DNA of 64,000 nt from Octopus vulgaris (taxonomy: Eukaryota). The translations under genes and the position numbers were made by a program. How positions within the stretch are numbered: the first letter of the stretch is position 1; every line of letters begins with the position of its first letter. The notes below the pieces were generated by a model that did not search any database, was not told the origin of the DNA, and saw only the letters and a list, made by a program, of their open reading frames with translations. Location of the stretch: assembly GCA_951406725.2 (NCBI GenBank), contig OX597826.1:36704001-36768000 (forward strand), written 5' to 3'. Shown here piece by piece: positions 12,937 to 27,453 of this stretch.

Positions 12937-13632
12937 TTGTCTCTCTTACCTGTCCTTACTACTCTAGCAATAATATTTGTTATTTTTGCTAGTTGCCACA
13001 TTTAACTAAATTGTGTTTATTTCTGATGTTGATTATATTGTGTCTCTTCGAGCCCACTATTTTCTTATATAAGTACGAGATGTGTATCCGTTTATAATTA
13101 CGAGACAGCAAATTTGAATGTTGAGCTGGAAGCTAACGACGTTTTTGTAATTATAGAACACCTTTTGATCAGACACCAGTAAGCAGAAATGTCTCTATAG
13201 TAATCCAGCTGAGTATTGGGTTAGCAGCACCTGTTAGTATAACTTGCTGATGAGGGGTTAAACAACGTTGGTCTGTGTAACAATCCACACGAACAAAATC
13301 TAAAGTGAATCGAAAGGGAAAATAAGCTAAATCAAACATGTTTTTTTTATGATATTTAGAGTTTATGTAAAATATTATTTGTTTACAACCAAACAATTCC
13401 CCAACCAAATATATTGCAGCAGTAAGTTCTTCCATATGAAGATTCATAGCTTGTTTATGAGAAAGAAAGTTTTCTCTAAAAGCGTTTTAATTCTTTTAGA
13501 CATGGACGATATAGTTGAAACTTTAGCAATACTGCAATAAAAATTATCCTTAGCAAGAACGTATATATATATCAATGTAAATCTCAAAAAGAAGTAAAAC
13601 AATCTCTCTCTCTCGATATATGTGTGTATGTA

Positions 13633-13697
<65 letters not shown>

Positions 13698-14439
13698 ATA
13701 TATTTACATGTATGTAAACATATGTATGTATATATATATGTATGTATGTATATATATTTATATATATTATGTCTCACAAGGTTTCAGAAATGTCATCCTT
13801 TGAAGGATTTTAGTGGAAGGAAAATATATATTCTGAAAATCTAGAGCAAATCATTGAATTTTCAAGAGCAGCGATGCTATGAATTCTTATCATATCCCAT
13901 TCCTTCCATGTTTCAATAATACTAACTTCTTTCTGAAGATCAATAACTACCGAAAGAATCTGATGCCACCAAAAAATGCACATTCGATGTATAAGGGAAG
14001 GAAGCAAAATCTGCATCTCTGTAAAGTAGATAGATAATTAAACAAGGAAACATTATCGTATCTCAACAAAATAATTGATGATTCAATGAATGAGAGGAAA
14101 GCAGAAATCACTATTTTTATTTTTTATTTTTTATATCTAATGAGAAATATGTTGGAACTTAAATCTAATAACTCTTACATTGCAACATAAAAAGCCTATA
14201 TCAAATTTCGTTAAAGACTTCTTAAATCCTTCTATATTTTACTCTTATTAAAGGGTTGACTTTTTTTTTTATTTTATCACTAGTTTTTAGATTTTAAATT
14301 CAATCAATTTTTTTTGTCATATTATCCTTTGTAGCATTTCGCTTTATATTAGATTAAGCTAGCTGAAAATAAGATATTCGCAAAACCAATTCAAACTTAC
14401 CTCCTAGAATGTTCACCATTATTTTTAATGTACTAGCAA

Positions 14440-14440
14440 G

Positions 14441-14478
<38 letters not shown>

Positions 14479-14918
14479 GTATATATATGTGTGTGTGTGT
14501 GTATATATATATAATCATTATATATGTGTGTATGTATATATATATCATTATATATATATGTGTATATATATATATGTATATATATATGTATATATGTATA
14601 TATGTGTATATATATATGTATATATATATATATATATACATATATACATATATACATATTTATAGAGAGATAGATGGATTAATAGATATATATATAGTGT
14701 ATAAATGTATATGTACATACATATTCTTATATAAAAATATTTACATACATATATGCATACTATATGTATATGTGTGTGTGTATGTGTGTGTGCGTGTGTG
14801 TGCATGTGCATGTGTGTATATGGATAGAGAGATACATATGCATCCACATATATATAAATGGATGCATGTATGTAAGTATGTACGTGTGCATATGTATATG
14901 TATATATATATGTATGTA

Positions 14919-14973
<55 letters not shown>

Positions 14974-15008
14974 ATGTACATCTATATATATATATGTGTG
15001 TATGTATG
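14440..15008. repeat. Compound (CA)n/(TA)n/(TG)n microsatellite
   Basis: Direct reading. Confidence 0.95.
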
Positions 15009-15965
15009 GAAAGATAACTTCATATAGTTTAGTTATCAAAAGTCTGGAAAATTTTCCCTTTCTGTTTGTTTTTTTCACTTTACATTTTTTTCTCCCCTTA
15101 TTTCGGTTTCCAAGACAGCAAATGATTTGCATTTAGGAATAAAACCAATTTAGAAAGTTCTAGGCAATTGTTCTTGTGTAGAGCTGAGGGTGGGGGTACG
15201 TTTACAACTTAATACTCATTAATGATGGAATTTCTTTTACATAGCGATCACTGCTAACTCCTCATCTGCCAGCATCACCCCCTGCCTCTCCCTTGCTATA
15301 GTCTTCCATGTGACAATTACTGTTTCCCCTTTGTTAAAATCAATAGGGCTCTGATTATCTGTCAGTCCATGTGTTAATTTGGAAAGGAGATATATTACAA
15401 GAATTTCCTGTCATCTTTCTTAGCTCATATGAGAATTTGAGCTAATAAAAGACATATTTTAATTATATACAATTTCTGTTTCTTTCATTATTGAAATGCA
15501 TCTCCCCAGAGTACTTATTAGTGCAAAATTGTACAGAGACATTGAGAGTTATGTGTAATACTGTTTCAGTTGTTGTTTGAGCAGGGATCATTCCCCTTTG
15601 TGGAATCTTATGCTTAGATGTATCCTCACACATGAATAGCCATGCTTTTAGGGGTTTCTTGGACTGTATTATCTGAGATAGTCTTACTGAGTCCTTGGAG
15701 TGAGATTTAGTTGTTATGTCCAGGATATTGATGCTAAAATTTTCTTTTAATTGTCCCCTCGTAAGTATTATTACATGAAGGTGAGAATAGTCAGCTTTCC
15801 TCATCATTTTCATTATGTAAATGAGTACATTTATTGACTTCAGGGCAGGGAATGGTAACTGCGACTCTATGACTTTCTCAGATGTATACCACCAGGAGTT
15901 TACAAACTATATTGTAAGAGGAGTAAAATATTCAAAATATACTTACATATATATATATATATATT

Positions 15966-16311
15966 GGCTGATGCCAGCACCGCCTTGACTGGTTTCCGTG
16001 CCGGTGGCCTGTAAAAAGCACCATCCGAACGTGGCCGATTGACTGGCTTCCGTGCTGGTGGCACGTAAAAAGCACCAATCCAATCGTGGCCATTACCAGC
16101 CTCACCTGACACCTGTGCCGGTGGCACGTAAAAAGCACCCACTACACTCATGGAGTAGTTGGCGTTTGGAAGGGCATCCTGCTGTAGAAACACTGCCAGA
16201 TCAGACTGGAGCCTGGTGCAGCCTTCTGGCTTCCCAGATCCCAGTCGAACTGTCCAACCCATGCTAGCATGGAGAACAGACATTAAACGATGATGGTGAT
16301 GATGATGATGA
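15966..16311 (+). mobile_element. RTE-LINE 3' UTR copy (family A) with internal ~60-bp units and (GAT)n tail
   Basis: Three gtgccggtggcacgtaaaaagcacc-type units; ends gacattaaacgatgatggtgatg. Confidence 0.88.
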
Positions 16312-17290
16312 TATATATATAATCAGTAATTGTTGATCCACTAATCGATGGATTACTTAACAATTCTTTGTTAAATCTGCTTTAAATACTACCTGAAGAT
16401 CATGAGAATTGCATAATGTATGATGTAATCCAAAATATTGTTATGCTTAAATTAAATAAAGATTCTCAGCGAAACAATTGTCACAAAATTTAAACTCCAT
16501 TTGTTCTTTATTTTTATTTCACACCACACCAAGGGTCTTGCAATTTGTTGAATTACCAGGAAGCAATTGGAATTACAAATTGCCCAACTGTAGTGACCAG
16601 TCTTCAGCATTCTTCACTGAGTGATTCTGTCTAGTCAATCGGTGGCATACTACATGTGGATATGTCTTGCTTCTTCATGTATCTAATTATATAGGCAAAT
16701 ATTTATATAATAAAGATAAGCTAAGGGAAATAACTTCAATGAGCCAATGGTATGACTTTACATAAATGAGATGATGAATAAATAAAGTTACATTGCAGGG
16801 AAAGCTGGTTTTCACTCAATGAATTTGTCAATGGGGAGGTTAGACCTCCTATTATTATTTTCTTGTGTTTCTTGTTATTTGAATTTGATTTCACAGATCA
16901 AAGACCCTATAGGAAGTGCATTAGCAGGAATTTGAAAATCATTGGAAAGAATGCCATATAGATTTTGGTGACTTCTTGTGCTCTGAGTTTAAATCCTGCT
17001 TAGGTCAGCCTTGCCCTTCATCCTTAAATGGGTCAATAAAAAAAAGCACCCATGCAAAGTGACGGATAGCTCGAAAGGTAACTGCATCGTATTGGATGGC
17101 TAGATTGATAAGTTTATCTTCCAGTCACAAAGGAAAGCAAGGATCATTACCATTTACTAAGTCCCTGGGATTGGTGAGAGGGAGAAGGAGAGATATCCTT
17201 AAACCAGAGAGCTCTGAGTACTGGTAGCAGAGTTGACTTGGTTAAAGACATTCAAGGTGTCAGGTAGTGGTGTTAAACCAGGCAGTGGCT

Positions 17291-17466
17291 TAACAATTTT
17301 GTCCACATATTTCTGTTGAAATATGCTGCTTTTGTTTCAATGAATTTCAAAATAATGAAGAATTTAGTAAAATTACTTTGACATTATTAAGCTGGTGCCT
17401 GGAACACAAATGAGTACCAAAAGAGAAGCAGAAGTGGTTTCAGGTGGGTTAGCATCAAAAGGGTTA
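17291..17466. mobile_element. TTAA-flanked MITE (piggyBac-type), degenerate
   Basis: Begins ttaac..., ends atcaaaagggttaa. Confidence 0.45.
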
Positions 17467-17942
17467 AGTATATTAATGAAATAAGTCACATTGGGTACTG
17501 TGTTCAAAGTGCAAAGAACTGGAGCAAATACTGCAAGGTATCAGGTTTGACATTTTTACAGATCTGTCAATCTAGCAGCATGATTGAAACTTTTTTATTG
17601 ATAAAAGATGAAAAGTAAAGCCGCCTTTGATGGCATTTGAACTTGGAGTGCTGTGTGTCATAAAAAGTACTCTTGCTTCACACTCCAAAACATCTAAGAA
17701 CTCCTTATTTATGCTTCTATTCTCTTTTTGCATTACACATATTACGTTTACCATCTGACAAAAAATCCTTGCTCCTCTCATTGTCATTCCCCCAGAAATC
17801 ACTCTCAGCGCATTTTTTCCTGGAGACTCTGACTTGAAACTGTCCAAGAGGAACATTAACCATATCACAAGTCTCAGAGTACCTGCAACAACCATCATAA
17901 CATCCCCATACTCCAGCCACAGTCCCTGAAAAAACATTAATC

Positions 17943-18355
17943 GCTTCCCAACCACATGGTTCCACGTTCAGTCCCATTGCGTGGTACCTTGGGTAAGTGT
18001 CTTCTACTATAGCCTCAGGCTGACCAAAGCCTTGTGAGTGGATTTGGTAGATGGAAACTGAAAGAAGCTTAATGTATATGTGTTTTTGTGTGTGTGTTTA
18101 TGTTTGTGTGTGTGTGTGCATGCCCACGGATGTGTGCGTATGTGTGTGCATGCTTGTGTGCATTTGTGTCTGTATTTGTCCCCTATCAATACTTTACAAC
18201 CAATGTCGGTGTATTTACCTCACCATAACTTAGCGGTTTGGCAAAAGAGACCAGGCTTTAAAAAATGTAGTGTAACCAATTTATTTAACTAAAAAATTCC
18301 TCAAGGCAGTGCCCCAGCATGGCCACAGTTTACTAACTGGTACAGCTAAAAGATA
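17943..18355 (+). mobile_element. SINE family B
   Basis: ccaaccacatggttcc...ccttgggtaagtgtcttctactatagcc...internal (TG)n...ccagcatggccacag. Confidence 0.85.
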
Positions 18356-19196
18356 ACAAATTAAAACAATAAATATAATGACGTTCTACTATAAAAGCGA
18401 ACAAAAGAAGATTAGTTGAACAGATGACTGAGCAATTCGAAATAGCTTCTGAAATCAGCCAACTTATAGAGCAAGAGAATATAATGGCAATACAATGGGA
18501 TACAGCATATTTGAAAATATAATTACATGTACATTCACAGAATAATAAAAATGGCCAAACAGAATTATGAATATTTCTAAGCAAGACCAAAGAGTTTCAA
18601 AATCTCAATAAATATTTTTACATATAATTCAGAACTTTCTATTTCTATCTCATTCGCAGGCTAAAGATATCTAGAGAATGCTTTTAAATAGCCATAAATA
18701 TTGTTAAATTTTACAACACAGTATTAGTGACATTTCCTTGTGTAGCAGTGTTATATTTGGATATAATTCAGTGGTATTAAATACTGTTTTATAGTAATAT
18801 GATGGAAAGTTTGTGTATCAAATTGGACCTGGACCCATAAACTTTATATTGTTCTAATGTTCTATGTTTAGAAATGGAAAGAAAGGGAAGAGAGAGAGAG
18901 AGAGCAATTTATTTTTAAAGCCCTGTGCATGAAGTATAGAAATTATATATATTATGTGTGTCAGTGTGAGCGCATGTGTGCATGTGTGAATATATATATG
19001 TGGATATGTTATGTATGTATGTCATTGTTCAGTTTTATTTCAAGATTTCTTGTCAGCAGAGAAAGAGCCGGTTTCTAACCTAGATTCAAGGCTCTTCCAT
19101 TGGAATTTCAACATCAACAACAGGGTATTTTTGTATGCATGTATGTATGTTTTATGTGTGTATTCTCATGCATATAGTTGCATATCTAGACATGCT

Positions 19197-19550
19197 CATC
19201 ATCATCATCATCATCATCGTTTAGCGTCCGTTTTCCATGCTAGCATGGGTTGGACGGTTCAACTGGGGTCTGTGAAACCAGAAGGCTTCATCAGGTCCAG
19301 TCAGATCTGGCAGTGTTTCTACGGCTGGATGCCCTTCCTAACGCCAACCACTCCGTGAGTGTAGTGGGTGCTTTTTACGTGCTACCCGCACAGGTGCCAG
19401 ACAGAGCTGGCAAACGGTCACAAACGGATGGTGCTTTTTATTTGCCACTGGCACGGGGGCCAGGCGAGGCTGGCAACGGACACGAACGGATGGTGCTTTT
19501 TACGTGCCACCGGCACGAGGCCAGTCGGGGTGGCGCTGGCAACGGTCGCA
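19197..19550 (-). mobile_element. RTE-LINE 3' UTR copy (family A)
   Basis: (CAT)n cgtttagcgtccgttttccatgctagcatggg...; three ggtgctttttacgtgcc-type units with a period of about 62 bp. Confidence 0.9.
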
Positions 19551-19999
19551 AATGATAAACTTCTGTATGTATGTACGTGAATGATTTTTCTTTGAGTCTT
19601 ATCCTGAAAGAGATCAAGCCAGTTGCTAACGAAGTGACGAAAGTTTTTGAGTTAGGAGACCTCCCAGTGTTTGTATATGTGTGGTTGAGTTTTGTGTTGG
19701 TTGAACTGTCGATGCATACACCCAAGTGTGTGCATCTATTTACCTAAAGAGTCTCAGATGGAGAATTTTTGAAATGTTTTATAGATCTTCTATAGATCTT
19801 CTGTGCTACTAATAAATCAGTTTCTTTTACTTTTTTCTTGTGAAACTGAGTATTTCTAGGTTTTTGTGCAAATTTGTTGGTACATAACCTAATGTACCCT
19901 TGATGATAGGTATATAGTCAGGATATGTATGTATTACTCATATTACCTTGTGACACCGTTGAAATAGTTCAAACCAAAGAGATTTTCAAACAATAGTTT

Positions 20000-20378
20000 A
20001 TTCCCACTCCCAATGTATGATACCTTGAGCAAGCATCTTCTACTATAGCCTTGAGACAACCAAAGCCTTATGAGTACACTTGGTAGATGGAAACTGAAAG
20101 AAGCCCACCATATATATATATGTAATTATGTATATATCTATGTGTGTATCTTCATGTCAGTCTTTGTAACACCACCACAATCCCCACCATTGGTGTTGGT
20201 GTGTTTACGTCCCTCTACTTAGTGGTTTGGCAAAAGAAACCAATAGAATAAGTACTAGGCTTACAAAGAATAAGTCCAGGTGGGGGTGGGTGTTGATTTA
20301 TTCAATTAAAACACTGCAAAGTGGTGCTCCAGCATGGCCACAGTCGAAATGACTGAAGCAAGTAAAAAAATAAGAGAG
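20000..20378 (+). mobile_element. SINE family B
   Basis: accttgagcaagcatcttctactatagcc...gaataagtactaggcttacaaagaataagtcc...gtgctccagcatggccacagtc. Confidence 0.85.
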
Positions 20379-20600
20379 TATGTGTGTGTGTATGTGTGTG
20401 TGCATGTGTGTGCGTGTGTGTGCATGTGTGTTTGTATATGTATATATGTATTAACATATATTTATATACATGTAAATGCATATATATATGTGTATATATA
20501 TGTGTATATATACATTTATATCGATGTAAATATATATATGTGTGTGCCTACATATACACATGTCATATGAGTCTTCACAAGCAGTGCCCCATACACTTAA

Positions 20601-20795
20601 CCCTTTAGCATTCAATTTTCTTTGTCCAGTTTTTTGATTCACATTGTTTTAAATTGATTTCAAGATTTCAATGGTGCGTTTGTATATTTCTAGAATGACA
20701 TTGTTGGGAAGGGATGAGAGTTTGGATGTGGTCAATTTTAACCTAAAACAGGTAGTGTATTTGGGCCATATATGACCGGTTTAACTGCTAAAAGT
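20601..20795. mobile_element. piggyBac-type MITE
   Basis: TTAA at 20597-20600 and 20796-20799; TIR ccctttagca / tgctaaaagt; interior homologous in inverted orientation to 24986-25205. Confidence 0.8.
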
Positions 20796-20974
20796 TTAAG
20801 CTTGCCTCATTTGATGGTTTCAATTAATAATGCTATATTCCTATACAATACTTTGCTCAACAAACGTTGCTATCAAAAACATCCTCCAGTCACTCAAACA
20901 GCTTTGTATACGTTCTATTTTGCAGTCTAAATAACATACATATGCATACATGTGTGTATGTATGCATACTTATA

Positions 20975-21462
20975 TTGGGTCATCCCATAAATAATGTGGT
21001 TTTTGCAGCTGCATGAACTAAAAGTCAGAGCAGGACAGGATAAACTACCTGCATCAACTATAAAAGCAAGTAGTAATTTTACTTTGTCCTTATTCTTAGA
21101 GCAAGTTTTGAAGAGTGCAGTTCAATTTTAACAGATATTTTCCTAAAGCTATAATGGAAGTGACAAAGGAGCATATTCAACATATTTTGCTTTATGAGTT
21201 CAATAAAGGCAACAACGCAACTGAAAGTGCGAGGAATATTAATTCAGTATATGGGGATCAGACAATACGTGTAAGCCAGTGTCAATGGTGGTTCTAGAAA
21301 TTCCAAGCTAGAAACTACAGCCTGGAAGATTAGCCTCATCCTGGAAGATATGCAGAGCTGGATGAGGACATCCTACAAACCCTGGTGGAACAAAATCCCA
21401 TTGTAAGTGTTGGGAAACCAGCAGAGAAACCTGGATTTGGTCATTGAACCATTCATTAACAC
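20975..21462 (+). mobile_element. Mariner 5' fragment: TIR plus degenerate transposase N-terminal HTH
   Basis: TA then ttgggtcatcccataaataatg TIR; from ATG 21154 it reads MEVTKEHIQHILLYEFNKGNNATESARNINSVYGDQTIRVSQCQWWF*KFQARNYSLED*PHPGR...LVEQNP. Confidence 0.9.
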
Positions 21463-22191
21463 CAACATTAGAAGAAAAATGACCAGCTCGACACTATTGT
21501 ACAAGAACCTTGCCCAAATTACAATGCAGTAGCACTGAACCTAGAAGCATGTGGTTGGGAAGCAAGGCTTCTAACAACACAGCCAATTAGTAAATTGTTT
21601 GATGAATATTAGATGAAAGAGAGTTTGGCATATATTGGTCATTAGCCTCTAGGTTGTTCACTTGTTCACATGAATCCCACAGCGGTAAACCTATTCTATG
21701 GAGAGCGAATATGTAAATACTTGCTCCAGGAGCAGCTATTTATGAGTACACTGCATTTCATCTGCTTTTTCCTAAAAGCAAGACGTGCTGCCATAAAAAT
21801 TAATGCCTATAAAAACAATATAAAATAAATTGGTAAATGCTGTTCCTTATTTTAAAAAGAAAATAGAGAATTCCTAGACTTTGTTCCATATGTTCGCAAG
21901 TTGATAAGCAGCTGCATATATTTTCAGACTTATTATCCCATTATTAGTTAATATTGTTTAATATACTTCATTTCATTCATTTTTCTTTGGTTCACTATGA
22001 AGAAACCGAGGAATTTTTGCAAGAAATTCAATTGCCATTCTCTCTCGCACTTTCTACACTTTCTCTTTAATATTCTTCTTTTTCTCAATTTTGTATTTCT
22101 TTAAATTATACATACACACTTTTCTCTCATTCGCTGTTTGTCTCTCATTCTCTTTCCCGTTCTTTCTTTCACTAATTTTCTTTAAATCATC

Positions 22192-22235
<44 letters not shown>

Positions 22236-22789
22236 ATGCAGACATCTATATATCTGAATGTATTAATACGTAGGCATATATATAAAATATATATATGATT
22301 TTGCTTGTATTTTTTCTTTGGGAAACTACAGAAATATCTCGATTTTAAAATTTCATTGAATTTCATTTGGCTTTATGAAGGAAAAAAAATTCTATGGCTT
22401 CAGAAAAATCCAGACAGATTAAATCCAAATTTCTATGCTTATTTGATGTGTTTTGAAAACTTAACTTAATATACCAATGTCGAAAGAGTAGTGTAAAACA
22501 TATTTGTGAGACACAAATTATCCATTTTATTCGTGTGTTATTTTGATTATTGCTGTTGTTGTTGTTGATGTTGTTGTTGCTGCTGTTGTTGTTGTTTTAC
22601 TTCTTTTTACTGATGATACTGGTGATGCTGTTAGTGATGCTAGCGATGCTAGTGATGCTAGTGGTGGTGGTGGTGGTGGTGGTGGTGTTTTTGTCAAGTT
22701 AGTAATCTATTTCGAAGATTTTTATTTTATTAGTACACTAAAGTCAGACAGTCGTTAAGAAATAGATAAATGAAAAAGATGGAGAATGG

Positions 22790-23062
22790 CAGAGAGAGAG
22801 AGAGAGGAAAAGAGAGAGGGAGAGAGAGAGGGAGAGAGAGAGAGGGAGAAAGAGAGAGAGAGAGAGAGGGAAGGTTATAGTCATATGTATATATATGTGT
22901 GTGACTGTGTGTGTGTGTATATATATATATATCCATATATATATATAGATACACACACACACATATATATATATACATACACACTCACATACACACACAC
23001 ACACACATACACAGATTTATAAATACACATGCGCATACATATATGTGTATATAGATGTATGC

Positions 23063-23099
<37 letters not shown>

Positions 23100-23385
23100 T
23101 AGGCATATATATATATGCACACACACACACACATATACTTGTATATATGCATATATGCATATATATATACTTATATGCATGTATTTATAACTGCATAGAC
23201 ATACATATTTACAATATGAACATAATGTATTATGCATACATATATTATACATACTTTTAAACACATGTATACACACATACACATATACAGATATGCATGT
23301 GGGCGTGTGTGTGTAAGTGTGCATGCATATATATAATTATATGCATACATATATTTCATATATATGTGTGTGTGTGTGTGTATAT
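22790..23385. repeat. (GA)n plus (TA)/(CA) compound microsatellite
   Basis: Direct reading. Confidence 0.9.
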
Positions 23386-24365
23386 TAAATTAGCTGAGAG
23401 AGATTGAGAAAGACAGACAGACAGACAGAGACAGAGAGAAAGAGAGAGATGGAGTGAAAGAAAGAAGGAGGGTGTAGAAGATATTTGAAACTCTTCAGGG
23501 TTCCTGTTGGCAATCAAAATGACATTTAGAATGTGAAATTCAGTTAAGATTTATATTTAGTTTAGTGAGAAATGAAAATAAGGAAAAAAAAATGTAAAAA
23601 AAATACAGAAAACAATAAAACAAAAAAACAACAATGAAATATAAAATATATATATATATATATATTGTAAAGTGAAGCAAATCAGCAATAACAAAAGAAA
23701 AGTGTAAAAGAACAATAAGAACAAGAATAACCACAACAACAACAACAATAAGCACAATAAGAAACAACATCAACAACAACAAAAGAAAAAATTATTCTTT
23801 TCTATAAGACAAGTAAAAGATAAATGGTTGCTATTGAAAACGATTTGTTTTAATGGAATAAATACAGGAAAAATATTGATAAAATATCCTTTGGTTTATG
23901 TTGCAGCTAGTTCAATAACAAAACAGTCGTGTTATTTCTACAGGAAAGATGGAGATGTACATATTGTGTGTGTGTGTGTGCATGCGTGTCTGTATATGTG
24001 TGTGTGAGTGTGATTCTGTGTTTGTGTTTGTGTGTGTACGACACTCTACTAACAATAAGATATAAGTAAATAATATTGGAGTATGGTGAAATTCTGTTAA
24101 ACAAACATTGTGAATATTAAGATTCCAACAACAGCATTAAACTCTACCAGATGAATACTGCTTTTTATGGAAACATAATCGACGGATATGATTTAAGTAT
24201 AATTGTATTGATCATTCCTTATTTTATTTTACTTGAAAATATATATTGGCTTGAAGGAGCCAAGGAAAGGAAAGGTATAAACATGATACTGGCTGTTGTT
24301 CTGATATTCCAGTTTGCCAAAAATGTCTGAAACTTTCCCAGTATATGGAATACTTTTTGTACCGT

Positions 24366-24715
24366 TTTACTCTTTTCCATCATGAGACTGTGACCATGCT
24401 GGGGTATCACCTTGAAGAATTTTAGTCAAAAGAATCAACTCCAGTACATATTTTTTAAAGCCTGGTACACACCCTAATGGTTGCGCTTGCCAAACTGCAT
24501 ATGGGGACATAAATACAACAACACTTGGTTCAAGAAGTGATGGAGACACACACACATATAAGAGGGCTTCTTTCAGTTTCTGTCAACCACATCTGCTCAC
24601 AAGGCTTTGATCAGACCAAGGCTATAATAGAAGGCATTTGCCAAAGGTGCCATGCAGTGGGACTGAACCCAGAACCATGTGGTTGGGAAGCAAACTTCTT
24701 ACCACACAGGTACAC
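24366..24715 (-). mobile_element. SINE family B
   Basis: Reverse complement of the family B consensus (gcagtgggactgaacccagaaccatgtggttggg). Confidence 0.85.
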
Positions 24716-24985
24716 TCGATCATGTGTGATTTCTATTTTTGTTCACTCAAATGACTGATTTGAGTTTTCTTTGTTGGTTTAAACTGGAGTTAACGTGATG
24801 GGCAAAAATCCTTCTCCCCTCACTGACATCACTTGCAAAATAATGAAACAATTAGTTTGACAAATGTTTTAATAGATTAATGAATGATTAAGATTAAAAT
24901 GAGATATTAACAAAGCCCTGGTGAGGAATATTATTGTTTTCACATTAAAAACATTTTCACTGTTGCAAATCCAGACATTCTTTAA

Positions 24986-25205
24986 CACTTTAGCATTTAA
25001 AATGACCATATCCAGCCCAAATATTCTTCTTGTCTTATACTGAAACCAGCAAGATCCAACCTCTTACACATAACCTACAATGTCATTCTAAAAATAAACA
25101 ATCACATCATCAAAATCACAAAGCTATGAGATAATTCATGATTGATTCAAAACAATGCAATTAAGTAAATGTTACATTTGACAGAATAATTTGAATGCTA
25201 AAGGG
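24986..25205. mobile_element. piggyBac-type MITE, same family as 20601-20795
   Basis: TTAA at 24982-24985 and 25206-25209; TIR cactttagcatt / aatgctaaaggg. Confidence 0.85.
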
Positions 25206-25384
25206 TTAATACATCCAGAAAAGAACCACCTATAGACATTTCAAGCCTTTGGCCCACAGATTTTCTGTCCCCACTCCATCTGTTTCTGCCACAACTGTCT
25301 CTGTTCCCTGGAAGTGGCGAGACTCATGTCATCTCTACTTAGGAGACCCAAGACCAAACACCGATCTTCCTTTGATCTGTGTGG

Positions 25385-25483
25385 AACCTTGGGCAAGTGT
25401 CTTCTACTATAGCCCCATGCTGACCAAAGCCTTTAGTAGATTTGGTAGACAGAAACTGAAAGAAGCCCGTCGTATGTGTGTGT

Positions 25484-25515
<32 letters not shown>

Positions 25516-25722
25516 TTGTGTGTCTGTGTTTGTCCCCCAACCATCAATTGACAACCGATGTTGGTGTGTTTACATCCCCGTAATTTAGTGGTTCCGCAAA
25601 AGAGACTGATAGAATAAGTACTAGGCTTACAAAGCATAAGTCCTGGGGTTGATTTGTTCAACTAAAGTCAGTGCTCCAACGTGGCCACAGTCAAATGATT
25701 GAAATAAGCAAAAGAATAAAAG
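25385..25722 (+). mobile_element. SINE family B lacking the tRNA head
   Basis: ccttgggcaagtgtcttctactatagcc...(TG)n...cacagtcaaatgattgaaataag. Confidence 0.85.
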
Positions 25723-27151
25723 GATATATAAGTTGGCATTAGAACAAGTATTACAATACTGTATATAAACATGAGGTGTTGCAGAGTGGAACTGAGCTAA
25801 AACCACATTGTCTAGAAGCAAACTTCTTAACCATAATTCAATGCAATTCTTATTTACCGAATTCACAACGAATTCGGAGTTGCCCCTGAGCTAAAAGCAA
25901 AAGACATCCTCACAGAAGATATGCAGTGGCATTCTACCTAAAACCGTAATGGTGCAATGTGAATTTCTTAGTTGCACAGGCATGTCTTAGTTGAAATATA
26001 TTTCTAGTCACATGCAAATACATCCACACATTTATATATGTAGTGTGTGTGTGTATATGTATTTCGGATGTTGTGCATATATACATATCCATACATTATA
26101 TGTAGATGTCTATGTGTATATGTATTTATGTGTATATGTATATATGTATGTGTGCATGTATGTACGTTTGTATGTATGCATGTATGTACATATATGTATG
26201 TCTAAATACAGGTATATATCTATGTGTATTTTTGTATCTATGTATATGTGTGTGTGTGCATACATATATGTATGTATATACATATATGTATAGATATAGA
26301 TGTGTGTATATATGTATATATATATGTGTGTGTGTGAGTGCGTGCATGTGTATATATATTTATATACATCATCATCATTTAACATTCACTTACCATGCTG
26401 GCATGGGTTGGACGATTTGACTGAGGACTGGCGAACCAGATGGCTGCACCAGCTCCAATCTGTTCTGGTGGAGTTTCTACAGCTGAATGTCCTTCTCCAG
26501 CATGGCCACAGTCAAATGATTGAAATAAGAAACGATGTACAGTCAGGTGGTATATATAAGTTGGCATTAGAACAAGTATTACAATACTGTATATAAACAT
26601 GAGGTGTTGCAGAGTGGAACTGAGCTAAAACCACATTGTCTAGAAGCAAACTTCTTAACCATAATTCAATGCAATTCTTATTTACCGAATTCACTACAAA
26701 TTTGGAGTTGCCCCTGAGCTAAAAGCAAAAGACATCCTCACAGGAGATATGCAGTGGCTTTCTAACCAAAACCATAATGGTGCAATGTGAATTTCTTAGT
26801 TGTACAGGCATGTCTTAGTTGAAATATATTTCTAGTCACATGCAAATACAGTCGGCAGCCTTGGAGTATTGGGACAGAGAGAGATATATGCAGAGGAATA
26901 GGCGGATGTTGTGCATATATACATATCCATACACATATGTAGATGTCTATGTGTATATGTATTTATGTGTATATGTATATATGTATGTGTGCATGTATGT
27001 ACGTTTGTATGTATGCATGTATGTACATATATGTATGTATAAATACCGGTATATATCTATGTGTATTTTTGTATCTATGTATATGCGTGTGTGTGTATAT
27101 ATATATGTATGTATATACATATATGTATAGATATAGATGTGTGTATATATG

Positions 27152-27185
<34 letters not shown>

Positions 27186-27430
27186 AGTGCGTGTATGTGT
27201 ATACATATTTATATACATCATCATCGTTTAACATTCACTTGATCTGTGGTATACCTGTATGATGTATTGAGTTGTTACGTGCATGTCCTCTTTTAAATGT
27301 ATCTGATATGTATTTGATGTTGTAACAATTGATTGTCATATATATCTGTTCTGGTGGAGTTTCTACAGCTGGATGTCCTTCCTAATGCCAACCACTCCAA
27401 GAGTGTAGTGGGTTTCTTTTATGTGCCACT
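25674..27430. repeat. Local tandem duplication, period about 828 bp
   Basis: agttggcattagaacaagtattac at 25731 and 26559; near-identity continues to aacattcactt at about 26391 and 27240. Confidence 0.92.
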
Positions 27431-27453
27431 GAAACGATGTACTGTCAGGTAGT

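Noticed and set aside
13349-14016. Short non-repetitive ORFs here and at 17572-17955, 36295-36633, 44307-44558 and 57400-57603 as host exons
   Set aside because: No recognisable domain motifs or convincing splice-site pairing by eye; small real exons cannot be excluded without RNA-seq or homology search
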